From Selaginella moellendorffii (Eukaryota > Plantae > Lycopodiophyta): a DNA stretch of 64,000 bases. Below are positions 1 to 12,343 of this stretch, piece after piece. The stretch spans positions 124,001 through 188,000 of the forward strand of contig NW_003314271.1 in the NCBI RefSeq assembly GCF_000143415.4. Reading direction: 5' to 3'. Position 1 is the first letter of the stretch. Every line of letters begins with the position of its first letter. The notes beneath the pieces were generated by a model. It was given only the letters and a program-made list of their open reading frames with translations. It ran no database searches and was not told where the DNA came from. The position numbers and the translations under genes are program-made.

Positions 1-71
1 CCCTGCATTTGTGGAGCGTCCTGTACGCGTCCACCCGTCTCAGCGTTGGAAACCGTAGTCAAGTCCCTTAC

Positions 72-943
72 CTTGAGAACCACCTCCTTCTGCTTGTACT
101 TGACGGAGATGACAGATGAATCAGTGTCTCTCGACCACTTGCAAGAGACATCCTCCAAGTCTTTAAAGCTGAGATTCTCCATGCCTTGAACAATTGAATG
201 ATATGACCTTCGGCTATGGACTTGAAGCTTTCCACCACACGGGAATGAGCTAGCGAGAGGCCAAGCGAGAAGCTTTCATCGCTTGGCCTCTCGAAATCCC
301 GCGATAATCTTGCAAGCATGGCGCCAGCTGCGACCCAGAGTACTTCATCGGGATGGGCGGTGGTGGCGGGGGTGGTAGCGGCGCCGCTTTCGCCCCGGCG
401 TGTTGGAGCCACATGTTCCAGCGGATCAAGCGGTCCGAGATGGAAGAGCATCTGTATTCCAAGCTCCGGATCAACGCCAGCGATCCCAGCTCATAGAATT
501 TGCAGCTCTTTTCGACACGGGAGGAGGCGGTGGTGGTGCATTCGTGCTCGGCGGTAGCGCTGTCGTCCGCCGCCTCCGCGAGCGGCCGCTGCTGCCCGCC
601 ACCGCCAGGCTCAGCGTCAGTGGCGGAGGAGGAGGCGGCGGCAGTGGCGGCATCGCGGACATTGACGTTAGTGACGACAGATTGTTTGTGCTCCACAGCG
701 ACGAGAATTTGTTCGATGTGTGGGAAGCTTGGCGAGCTCTGGATATGGCACACTTTACGTATACATGTCCACCGTGCAGTTGCTTTCTGGCTTCCTCCTT
801 TTGCAAGACTTTAATTCGACTAGCTTTGCTGCTTTCCCTCGCAGGTGGGCCGATCTAGTTAAAAGGGCGGGGGACAACGATCCGCCGCTCGCGCAGCGAT
901 GACCGTTGCCGACGAAGAGTCCGACAGCAGCGTCAAATAACAC
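72..943 (-). CDS. Uncharacterised spliced gene (partial, runs off the left edge); Pro/Ser-rich exon followed by a helical exon
   Basis: Frame 471..806 (PPPPPP) joins frame 68..451 (MLFHLGP...RRRWFSR) via a phase-0 GT..AG intron at about 452-518; GTAAGG donor after RRRWFSR at about 71. No recognisable family. Confidence 0.35.
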
Positions 944-1771
944 ATGTATTCATGACTATGAGAAACTCGAAGAGTTCGAGAGTGTCGTCAGCTTAAACGT
1001 ACCCATGGCCAAGCCATTCCACAGCACGAGAAGCTGGAGCAAAAACTTTCAAAAGAGAAAAAACCGCTCGGAGACAACTGTGTCGTTGTATCGAACTCCG
1101 TGCCTTAGTCTGGAACGAGACCATCTGTCAGAGAAGTAGAGGGGAGGAATATAACTGCAAAAGGAAAAAAGATAATCAGAAAATATGAGATGGTTCTTTG
1201 ATGAACAGCCTACCTGCGTCGAGAATTGACCGGGTGCTGTACGTAGAAAGTGAGATTACAATAAGTGCATATAACCATGCAGAGATGCAGTGCTTCAACC
1301 ACACCACGTCTTGGACTTACTCCGACTGACCAAAAATGATTCTTGTCAGTAATTCACCTGCAGGATCCTCTGTCTGCCATAGAAGATGTTACGTCTCCTC
1401 ACTGATTGAGGTTTTGGTTTGAAACTCAATCTACACCATGGATTTTTCATTAGCACCGCAACATCTATGTTCCTCAGATTTCCCCCAGAATGTCAGTCTC
1501 AAGGCCATGCAACCACCTTGAACGGATCTCTCCTTGTAAAGAAGCAAAACAGTGAATCCTTTGGAGTACTCACGGAATCTGTGAGTGAGGCAATTGGCCT
1601 CAAGGTCATCCTTCAGCTCGTCAGCAGCACTTCAAATTCAATGGAAGTTTACTTGAAAGCCTGAGATGCACCAGAAGGACGTCTCGATCATGATTCCCAT
1701 ATCCAGGCAGCGCAAGCAAACGCATGCAAATCATCAGCACCTTTGGAAGTAAATTGCCGCCTTGGCAGTGC

Positions 1772-3265
1772 TCATGTTATTGATGTGCAGCGCCACCATC
1801 GAAGACGAACTCCATGGCCTGAGCCGGATAGCCTAACGAACGCCGATCTTGAGAGGAAATTTGGTTTTACTTGGAAAGATAAAAAGATTTGCGTACATGA
1901 TTCATAGCCTCAAATTGCGCGATCGAAGGGTTGGTCTTGCGGGACGGGGATTTCATTCTGTCGTTGAAATGTTCCTACACCCAAGACGAAGAATGAGAAA
2001 GAAAAAAACAGAGAAGAGGATGGCTTTCCATCTTCCTTACGAGACTGCACTCCAGAGTGCCGCGCTCGTTGGTGGGACAATCGCTGGCGCCACGCCATCG
2101 CCAACATTTCGGAGCGTTATGAGAGACGACTCCGGGCCAGATCCTGCACAGAAGAAAATGTTATAGAACAGGGATTGGAAGAAAGAAAGAACGCAAAGAT
2201 CTTCCCCAGTTAACTATAGCTACGGCAGCTCTAACGATCTATCAGAACAAGAAAAGAAAATCCTCTCATTTTTTTCCTCCTCTCTTTTTTATTCCTCGCA
2301 AGGAGGGCTGGAAATGAAAAACCGATGGATATGATATGATTCATGGATTCTTCCTCTGCACTGGATTTACCGGATGAAGCTGACGCAGCGGCGGTGGTGG
2401 CGATGGCGGAGGCGCATGCGCCGGAGGCGGCGTTGGCCTCCTCGATGCGGCGGCGCTGCCGTCTCTCGCGGGCCTTCTTGTTCTGGAACCAGAAGTAGAC
2501 TTTGGACTCAGAGACCGGGCCGTGATCATGGCCGACGAGAGAGACGGCCTCTGCGATGTTCTCCTGAGATGGCATCGTCCCTTTCGAGTAAAGATCCTCC
2601 AGGACGGCCAGCTGCTCTCTGTTCGGCAGCCACCTCTCATGCGGGGGCCTCGCCGGAGATGCCACGAGATCGTTGTTTTCCCTTTGACCTTGCGAAAGAA
2701 CGATTGCTGTGTCAGTCAAGCAGCAAACAAAAGCAAAAAATGGACAGATCGACTTCGAATTCGGTGTTCTTTGTGCAATGCCTTAAGCTCCAGAATCTGC
2801 TTGCAAAAATGTGATCGGCGATGCGATTCTTGGGGGAGAGAGAGAGAGAGAGAGAGAGGAGAGACAGAAAGGCGCTAGAAAAATAGCTAGGCGGTTCGTG
2901 TCCCTATTGTGTATTTCACCTGATATTTGGGAAAATCAATTTATTCGTGTCACTTACTCTGAGGCTTTTTTTTACTCTTTTGAGTAAAAGTGTTCTTCTT
3001 GTTATTTTCAAATTGTTTTCCTTCTCCAATGTTAATGTTGAGAAAGATTTTTGAGAGTTAGCAACATGCTCTGCTGTAGTTTGGTTGGGTGTGATGAGAT
3101 TTTCAGGAGCAGTAAGAAAAAGAAAAAAAATACCAAGAACTTACAGCGGACCCAAAAAGATCTTGGGGAACAATTTAAAGTCCCAGTTAGAACTCCTGGA
3201 TGATATCCCAGGGTATGGTCCAGAGTTTCCAAAGAAGGACCTAAGGGGAGGCCATTGTCAACCAT
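1772..3265 (-). CDS. WOX: WUSCHEL-related homeobox (WOX) transcription factor, divergent
   Basis: ORF 2231..2719 contains HERWLPNREQLAVLEDLYSKG...HGPVSESKVYFWFQNKKARERR, a WOX-type homeodomain. Phase-compatible exons: 3265-3145 (ATG), 2706-2371, 2143-2041, about 1847-1772. The first and last exons are tentative. Confidence 0.85.
2836..2858. repeat. (GA)n microsatellite / GAGA-like element 5' of the WOX homeobox exon
   Basis: Uninterrupted GA run seen in sequence. Confidence 0.8.
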
Positions 3266-4149
3266 GGCAATTTCACAATCATCTCACATCGTGACGCTGG
3301 AAAAAAAACTAATGAATGAAACTGAAGAAGAGATTCTTGAGCTGAGTATTTTCCGCAGTGATCACGTCATTAATCTTAGCAACACATTGCTCTATATTAG
3401 GATAAAGGGGCCAACTGAGGCCCTTATTCATTAGCCACGAGAATTGAATGGCACATATAAGAATATTCTTGCCTTATTCATCAGCAAATTCTTATCTCTT
3501 ACACCTTAACCTAACTTGCTAAAGAGGTAATCATTTGTTTGTAGGCCTTTGTCTTATTCTATTATCTTGATTTGGTGCTTAACAGCCATGCTCCTACCAA
3601 CCCATGCATGAGAGTTGATTGCTGTAGGTGGTGATGCATTGATCAACTTGGTAAAAATCTCCTGGCATTGCAAGTGCTAAAGCACTTTTGTACAGTCTAT
3701 TAACCTTCATTTAGCTGTCCCATTTGACTTCCCACCATGATCTCCACGGGTTGGAATTGAACCAGATTCCCATGTACTTTGTTTCATCAGTCTCAACCTG
3801 TATTTTGCAAGAATTAAGTAGCTGGAAATGCAGCGGCAGATTCTAGCTCGTAAGTAAGTAATGTTTGCTCGTAGCAGCGACCATGGTGATACAAAGCATA
3901 AGGTCTCATGCTTCTCAATGGGCACTGCAAGACTAGAAACAGAAGATAGATAAATATAAATAGATACGTGAAAGCTCATGTCTCCACCAGGAGAGAGATC
4001 TTTGCTTGAGTCAATGCTGTCCAAGTAGAGCACAGTCTAAGCACTTGATTGCCTTGAGAGGAAACCACAACAATATAAGCTCACAGCCCCAGCCAGCGGT
4101 GCCTGCCTAGATCTTTGGCCAGGAAGCTGCCTGGTCTTGACCAGAAACG

Positions 4150-4810
4150 TTCCTATCCAGTTCCCATTTCTCTGCACGATCAAACGCATGTAGATCATCA
4201 ACATCTTTGGAAGCAAATCACCGTGCTGCTATCGATGTCAAGATCGACCGCCAGCGCCACCATCAACGACGAACTCCATGCCCAAAGCCGGATCGCCTTT
4301 AGAACGCTAATGTGGACTTTCACCTATGCTAATAAGATGGAGGCTGCTAGGGCGATTCCGCGCGTTCTTCGTACATAAACCCTGCACATAAGTGGCCCGT
4401 TTTTAGAACAGGATTGGAAGAAAAGAACAGTATAGCTACGAAGAAGAAAAGGCTCTCTTATTTGTTCTCGCAGAGAATGAAAGACCGATGGGATTGATCA
4501 GAAGAAAGAAGAGAATATGATCCATTGCAGTGTAGTAACGAGGTGATTTACCCATGTCCGGCTCAAAAGCTGCGGTGCGACAGCGGGGGAAGCGCCAGAG
4601 GCGGCGTTGCCTCCTCGAGGTGAATTTCTTCTTACCAGTTGAAAACATTGGAATCGTCGACCGGGCCGTGGCGGCCTACGAGCTCGACTATCTCGGCGAT
4701 ATTCTTGAGTAATGGCGGCATCGCTCCGGGTAGAATTCATAGCTGGGAAATCAACATACAACTTGTCGAAGTCCCCCCATCGCTCGCGGAAAGAACGATT
4801 GCTATGTCAA
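4150..4810 (-). pseudogene. Decayed tandem duplicate of the WOX gene
   Basis: Minus frame reads GAMPPLLKNIAEIVELVGRHGPVDDSNVFNW* against GTMPSQENIAEAVSLVGHDHGPVSESKVYFW; FQNKKAR segment lost. Intron and downstream DNA also match (gaacaggattggaagaaaagaac vs 2166; caccatc..gacgaactccatg vs 1795). Confidence 0.8.
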
Positions 4811-5394
4811 AACGAAAATAAAACGATCGAGAGAGAAAGATACTTGTGATCCACATGCAAGGCGCTGAATCTCCTGAGCGACCTGACAGATTCGGACGGT
4901 GGCGCCTGCTAGAAGAAAAGAGAAGAGGGATCGTTTTTGCTTAGAAATAGCTTCTTAGGAGAGAGAAAGCCTTTTTTGAACGGAAGCACAAAAAATCTAA
5001 AAAGGTTGGAATCCATTTCCGTTTTTAGATAGTTTTCTTGTTGAGAATTTGCTTAGGGATTTGAGATGTTAGCAGTAGCTGCAGCCTTACATTGCCCCTC
5101 GAGCAAAGACCTAGGAGAACTCTAATCAATTTTTCTCATTTTCAACAAACGAAGAAGTATGGATCCGAGATTACACTGGTATTGAGTGTTTGTTGGCTCG
5201 TTTGCAAAGGGACGAGTGAAAGTTGTTTGGAAATATGTGACGCTGTTTCACGAGCGCAAACATCCACCTTTAAACACCTTAATGTGTCTTGATTGTGCCG
5301 CTCGTCGTCAAGGAAGAGCTTCGATGCAATGCACAAGAGCTAGAGATTAAATAGCTTGAAGAGAAAGAAAGAGCACCATTCTCACAATTGCCAT

Positions 5395-5812
5395 TTGAGA
5401 TGGGATTAAATAGCTTAGGAAGAAAGAAAGAGCACTGGGTGGGGTCGTGTCCCTTGTGTTTGCACCTTATTATTAACGTACGCAATTACCATTTGAGAAA
5501 TTGCGAGCGTCAGCCAGGTGCAAACACAAAAGGACATGGACACTCTCTTTCTTTCTCTCAAAGCCTTGGAGAGAAAGAAAGATTGTGTCCCCTTGGAGAG
5601 AAAGAAAGAATGCCAGGTCGTGTCCCTTTGTGTTTGCACTTGGTTGATGCTCGCAATTACCATTTGAGACGAGATTAAATAGCTTGGAGAGAAAGAAAGA
5701 GCGCCGTTTGCGTTTCCACCTGGTTGACGCTTGCAATTACCATTTGAGACACGCTTCCTGTGGGTCTTTTGCTTGCAATTACCATTTGAGACACGCTTCC
5801 TGTGGGTCTTTT
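5395..5812. repeat. Imperfect tandem repeat region (units containing gcaattaccatttgaga); last two ~40-bp units near-identical
   Basis: gcttgcaattaccatttgagacacgcttcctgtgggtctttt occurs twice in tandem (about 5729-5812), with related units at about 5480 and 5650. Confidence 0.7.
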
Positions 5813-6794
5813 AAACGTAACGTATGTATTCAGAGGCCACCTGGTATGTATGTGGTAAGCTTTTCTGGGCTTTATTGTGCGAGTACTTCTCTATACTCCA
5901 ATTTTATACAAGCAAAATCCATTTTAAATGGTATCTTATATAATCAAGCACTTTTTCTTCATAGACTTCTACTCTTTTTCGACTTTCTTATACTTTCTTC
6001 TTTTTCTTCTTCTTCTTGTTTTTAAATTGTTTTCTTCTTCTTCAATGTTGAGAAAGATTGGAGGGGTTTGAGATGCTGCAGCCTTGCATTGTTGCAAGGG
6101 GGGCACTGCAGCAGTGTGATTAGGTGTGATACAGAATCTAGTGATTATTTAAGTGTCAAAAACTCAATGCTTGATCATAGAAACTCTCCTCTAAGAACTT
6201 CGAAATGTCTACGAAAGATTATTTCATGCGTTGAATGATTCTGTGTACCTTTCAAAGCAGCCCATGATTATGCTAGAGTAATCTGAATTCCCAACTCTGG
6301 AGCAATCAAAGAGAGGAGCAGCAACGCAGAGCCTGAACTTAGCTACGGATCTGCGGTAGCCCGAGCCAATGAAGGTCACGATAAATCAATGTTATATAAA
6401 ATATACTATTTTAACACTTGCACATAGTGTCGCCAACTTTATCTAGCGTTTGTGGGAGTTTGCAAGATAAGGCTAGGAAGCCTCTGCGACTCATCCTGAG
6501 GCTCGTAAGGGGCGAGAAAACGACCGTGAAAATCCACCCGTCCAGAGCACACATTGTCCGGAGAGAAGTCCACAAAGGTTTTGTCCTGTTCTTCGTCGCG
6601 GAAGTAGCTCTCGGATAGAAAGCTTAACCATCCACCTTCGAGACCACTCCGCATTTCAATCCATTTTCCCCTGTCACTTCCCCGTAGTGTCCCTGCTCTT
6701 TTGATCCTTTGCAAATGGAGGCCGCTGCTCGTCGTCGAGGAAGTCGAGCTAATTCATCTGGTATGAATGGATTCCGAGGATATGCTGGGAGACT

Positions 6795-9700
6795 TTAAAC
6801 TTCGCCACCGCCCGCCTCCTTGAGAAACCGCTGGCTTTGTTCGAGCTTGTCTGGAAAATAGTGCAGGAGTTCTCGGAGCATTTCCTGTTTACCACAAGTG
6901 AGTTTCTAGCTTTGCAAAGATTTCACATCAAACCTTGGATTCGCGGTTGCGTCTGGAAGCTCTAGAAATGCTTCGAGCGAACTTTTGCCTGTGTAGCAGC
7001 AGCGTCTCGTCGTCACCGGCGTTGAGAACGAAGTGCGCGACGTGGTGGAGCGCGAGGCGGAATGGTAATGCCTTGCGAAGAAATGCTCGGTCCAATCCAC
7101 CGGTGATCCACGACGATACAAACATGTCCAGTAGAGGAATGCTCCTCTGCATTGAAAAAACAAAGAATGAGCAACTTAAACTTCCAAAGAATGCTTTTCT
7201 TCTTACCTGAGGAGGATCGAAGTAAACTCCCGGTCCGCACTCTTCGACTGGAGGAAGTAAACTCAGCACCTCAGCTTGAGCGAGGCATCGCCAGACAGCA
7301 CCGTGGATCGACACGTCCGTGCCACTTCGCAAGTAGAACGCTACCTGGCGGCCAAATCTCAAGTCCCCATACGAAGCAGCCGCAAAGTTCTGTGCCAGTC
7401 CCTCCGCGAACAAAGCGTAGTCGGCATCCACACCACTCTGAAAATCCAGAGCTCCTCTTGCTTCTTCGAAATAGATATCTTGCAGTGATCCGAGAGCGTC
7501 ACTCACTGGCTCCTCCAAGAACGTATCTCCCGCAGCAAATACTGTTGATAGAGCATGCACTTTGCGGACGATCGGTATGTCGCTTGCTGCTCCTCCTTCC
7601 TCGAGGCCCAAGAGCAGCAACAGTCCAGCCAGTGTCACGTCTGAGCTTTTGGAGTGCAAAGGACTGAGGATCCAGTGGCAAGGCAATGGAAGCCTCGTCC
7701 CTTTCCACTCCCGCAGCAAAACAGTCGAGTTAGCCGTTTTCTCCTCGTCTTCTTCCTCCGTTTCTTCCTCCTTGATGGTCTCAAGTTTCTTCTTGAGGTC
7801 GTGCTGCTTTGGCTGCTTCTTTTGTAGCCAAAACTTGGTGAAGTGCTGGAGTAGAAACTCTCTGCCACCTTTAAACTGCGTCGTATCATACAATCCCTTC
7901 CCCTGGTTTATACGTTTCACTGCGTCGTCGAGTGTCAACAGCCACCGTTCCTCCGAAAGTATGTGCCGCGATAACGCTCGCTCCAGCGACGATGGCTCGG
8001 TGAGTAGAGCCGTCAAGTTGAGCTTGGTCTTCAGGGAGATCGAGCTCGAGCCTTTTTCGAGTTCTAGAAGACGTAGAATGCCACTGGCGTAAACCCGAGC
8101 GACTAGCAGCTTTGAGGAGCAAAATCCACCTCCAGGAACTCTAGAGCTCCATCCAACTCCCAGTCCCGGCGCCGGTCCTCCCCGAGCAGTACAGCCACAA
8201 TGCTCTTCTCCATGTAAACTTCCCAAGTTCACCATTTCCATACGCTTCTCTTTAGCAATGTCTAGCAGGATGTCTAGTTGTTTTGTCTCTCGTCCCAGCT
8301 TCTCGAGTCCAGAGGCCAAGCGTGCGGTAGCATGAAGGAAGTTTGCGAGCGTCAGCTTGGCATAGACTGTAGAGCTTTGGCGGAGAGTTGACACCAGTCG
8401 AGCTTGGACGCGATCAAAAGCTTGTTCCACTTGTAAAACGAGATCCGGCAATCCTTCCGGGCGCACCCTCTCGCAAACCGTTGCCAGGAAATGTAGCACA
8501 GAGCCAAGAGCCATCACCTCCGCTTCACTACCTTGGCTGCTCTCTTCCAGCCAACTTAAGCCGTACTTCACCATGGGCACGGCTATGCTCCACGACCATC
8601 CAGTATGAGAAGCCTGTGTATGTTGTTGGCCTTTAACCATGACGGGAAGTGTTCTAGCGAGAACCTCTAGAACGCTGTAAGATTCTTGTGCTAAGTTGTA
8701 TATAGCGGGATCCCCTGATGATGCCGACGAGAGCCAAGCAGACAGGGCTGGATGGAAGTCTGCGAAAAGGCTGATCCCAATGCCATGGAAGATGCAAATT
8801 TTCCAGAGCCGGAGTGCTTCTTGCAGAATAGCAGAATCCTTGGAAAGGTCGGCAGCAGCAGCTCTTGGAAACATCGTAAGACGATAGCTCCATTCGAACA
8901 ACTCGGACGTGGCAGTTTGCAGCGCTCCCAGCTCTGCAAAGTGGACACAGTAAGACTTGGAAGCCTGCGACAAGACCTGCAAAAAACGAAAGGGTAAGCC
9001 CTGAGACCTAAACGCAGCATTATGGTACATGCCTTTAAGAGTTGTATAGCTTTAGCTCGAACGAGAGGAACCAGAGGAGTATCATCATCTTCTTCAGGTA
9101 ATAGAAATCGTTGGATGACGGAATTGATAAGCCTCGGACATTCCATGACGGCCTTCGCTGCAGCTGGAGAATGCCTCGCAAAGGCTACAAGAGTAGACAA
9201 CAGGGCCGCGTTTACGGCCGCATCAAGCTTTTCGACCTGTTAAGTCGGAGGTTATTAGATTCACGCATAATCGGGAAACCAAACCTCTAGAATATATCGG
9301 ATCCTGGGGAGAACACCCATCCTGATAAAACCAGCAGCTACATCTTTCGTAGCAACAGTTGCGTCGTCCGCCACAGTGGTATCACTGTTGTCATTGTCAT
9401 TGTTGTTCACTTGCGAAAGAAGAAGCTCGGAGGACTTGACGTTGTATTTCCAGTAGCCACCTCCCAAGTAGCCGTCTTCTTCATGATTGCTGCGCTTGCG
9501 AAACACTGGAGCAGTCCACCACAATGGCCCGCCCGGCCATGATCTCTGCAACCAAACGTGTGCATCATAAACTGTTTTCACAAAGGAGAACAGCAACTCC
9601 TTACCTCGCAGAGGTTAAAAAAGTCATCATTTTGAGAGCTGCTCAGCATAGCCTGTAGAGCCTTGGCACACGACACCACGGAAGTCAGATTTGTATCATC

Positions 9701-10941
9701 CAACGCAAGCCTGCAAGCCGGGAATGTCAATAAAGAAAGGAAAGAACTGAGGGTAGTTCGTCGCCTACCTCAATGTTAACGTGAGTTCTGGCTGTGGACC
9801 AAGACAATAGGCCCAGACAGCTTGCCAATCGTAGTCATTTCTTCCGTCTTGAAGGCCACTGGCAGCATTTGAGAAAATTGTGCCAAGTAGCTGGACACCA
9901 GCAGCTCTATGAGCGGGAACCTTGGAAAAAATTCGCAAAGTTAGAGCCTTCAACTTTGTGGTTCAGTTGAGACAAACACTACCGTGCTTCGTGAAAGTAG
10001 TGCTGCCTCCTTGATGGTGTAACCCAGTGCAGAAGGATCGCCTTCGGCCCGGAGGTAATCCCGCTGCGCAACACTAGAAAGATCTTATATGCAGTATTGT
10101 CAGCTCAAAGACCAAGAGAGCAGTAAAAAGGAAAAAAAAAAAAAGATAAAGAAACTTACCGGAATCGTCTTGCATGTCTGTGTTGCTGCTGCTTATCACT
10201 TCTCCATCTAAGCTAAATCGCATCGACTTGATAGCTTCGACCCTCTCGGTCCAGGCGCTCGTCATGACTCCGGCCACCACTTTTACACTCTTTTCTTGCT
10301 CGTTTGCTCGAACAGGAATTTGCATCTTCGCGTCTTTTGGAGTGGCAGTCGAAGTACTAGTTTTCGCGCTTTTATCGCCATCTTCTGGAGAGATGGGATT
10401 TTTCTCTCCAAAACGTTGCTTCTCCTTTTCCATGCCTCGCCTTTGTAGCATCTTTATTTTTTCTGGACCCAGACGCTCGAGCAATTCCCTGTGAGCGTCG
10501 GAGATTTCTTGCGAGCTCATCGAAGAAATTCTAGCTCGATTCTCAGCATCGATCTCCTGGGCTTGCGACGGCACTGCATCCTTTCCTTGCGCGGCGGCAG
10601 CGGCAGCGGCAGCTACCTCCTTCCATCTCGAATCATCCCTGGATTTCCTTTGCAATGGCCGAGCAGCATCTCTCCCACCTTCCAGAGGCCCGTCGGGCTC
10701 ATCCAAATCCACAATCTCATCGGAACGAGGAGAGAAAACGCCCCAATGCTGTCTCCAGCAAATCGATCAAAATCCCAGCCAGGGGAAAGACAATCGCAGC
10801 ACTTACCGGGCCGTGAGATCGATGCCGCGCGACTGGAAATGGCAATGCAGTGATCGCTGGCAGCTGCGGGGAGGAATCCCCGGCGGCGGAGAAGCCCTTC
10901 TCCTTGATCTCGCCGAGGACGCCGAGCGGCTCGTACTCCAT
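6795..10941 (-). CDS. IYO: Transcriptional elongation regulator MINIYO / RNA polymerase II-associated protein 1 (RPAP1) orthologue, multi-exon
   Basis: RPAP1 N motif EIDAENRARISSMSSQEISDAHRELLERL; SAWTERVEAIKSMRFSLDG; RDYLRAEGDPSALGYTIKEAALLSRST..VPAHRA; WWTAPVFRKR..GGGYWKYNVK; LPLPCHWILSP; FAAASYGDLRFGRQV. Short GT-AG introns; stop TAA at 6795-6797. Confidence 0.93.
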
Positions 10942-11081
10942 GCCGAAAAACCCTACTTAGTAGCACGCCATACAGGAAAATCTCGGCCGTCCACTTGGGC
11001 CGGATTCAAGCCGTGCATTACTCGCGCGCAATAAGTTTAAATTCTTAGTAACTTTCCAGTTTTTACGATATAGCATCATAG

Positions 11082-12303
11082 CTAAATTCTAAGAGTGTCC
11101 AAGACCCACTGGCGATGAAGTCCACCAGCTTGCATAGCCGTCATATAATCCCTATAAACCATAGGCTTAAACACCGGAGAACCCTCCACCAATTCGCTAG
11201 CTGGGAGCACTAAACTCTCCCAGCTTGGCCCCATTGCTACTGGAATGGACATTCGATCTTCACTGCTGTTAACCACAGCCCTGTGCTCGGGACTCTTATA
11301 CTTGTCATTGCTCAAAATCTGCAAGAAAAAGCATTTGACCAGCCAGTCAACTTATAGTCGACGAAAGAGTCAACGCTGACCTGGATCTGGTCGCCCAGGT
11401 TGACCACGAACGAGTAAGGTATGGGCTTCACGGAGTACCACTCGTTACCGTGCATCACCTGGAGACCCTCGACGTGATCTTGGAGCAGCAGCGTGATCGA
11501 TCCGGGGTCCGAGTGTGGGCCGATTCCCAGCACCAGATCGGGCTCGGGGCAAGCAGGATAGAAGTTGAGAGCCATGACTTGCGAGCAGCCATTGAATGCC
11601 TTGTCGATGTAATCCTTTGGAAGATCCAAGCTCTCGGAGATGAGCTCCAGGAGGAACTTTGCAAGGTTGCGAACGCGAGTGGAGTAATCGGCAGTAACTT
11701 TCCTATAAGATGATCATATACCAGCGATGTTAAGAAAGGACCGCGAGAAGGTATTTATACCTGTAAGATGCTGGCTTTTCAGGCCAGAGATCTTGCATCT
11801 CGGCCAGTGGGAGGCAGCTATGGCGGAGGTAATCTCTCCAGCTAAAGACCTTGTCTTGTGTGACATTGAAGCTGGTTCCATACCTCATTCGGGATTCGGT
11901 GTCTGTGGAGAAGTAGCGCATTTTCTCCTCGTTTGGGAGAGCGTGGAATTCGCGAGCCACCGATAGCATTTCATCCACCAAAGAATGGGGAACGCCGTGA
12001 TTGATCACCTATTAATAAGAAAATGGAGACAATATACATAGACCAAGTGATAAGCAAGAAAAATTAGAATTTTCTTACCTGGAAGAAGCCCCAATTCACA
12101 CAAGCTTCCCGGATTTGTGAGACAAGAGCTGCTCGAGCCTTGCTCGAATTCAAGGCGGTGCCAAGATCCAAGACTGGGAAACTTTCTTCACGATGAACGG
12201 CATTTGGGCGCCCCTCTTTAGACTGGATGTAGATGTCGGGCACCTTGTGAAGGCCCGAATCCACCAGATTTTTCACACCTAAGTGGAGCGGAAGAATTTC
12301 CAT
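11082..12303 (-). CDS. 2-oxoglutarate/Fe(II)-dependent dioxygenase, DMR6/DLO-like (4 exons)
   Basis: DIOX_N (FPVLDL..IREACVNWGFFQVINHGV), WRDYLRH, LNFYPACPEPDLVLGIGPHSDPG (HxD), EHRAVVN (H), RMS (RxS). ATG at 12303. Confidence 0.93.
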
Positions 12304-12333
12304 TGTGTTCCTATGGTAGCTTGTAGTACTGGG

Positions 12334-12343
12334 TTTTATATAT
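12334..12343 (-). promoter_or_regulatory. Putative TATA box of the 2OG dioxygenase gene
   Basis: TATATAAAA on the minus strand about 35 bp upstream of the ATG. Confidence 0.5.

Noticed and set aside
6439-6714. 91-aa ORF downstream of MINIYO
   Set aside because: MINIYO terminates at 6795; this ORF lacks an upstream ATG and any motif, so probably 3' UTR.
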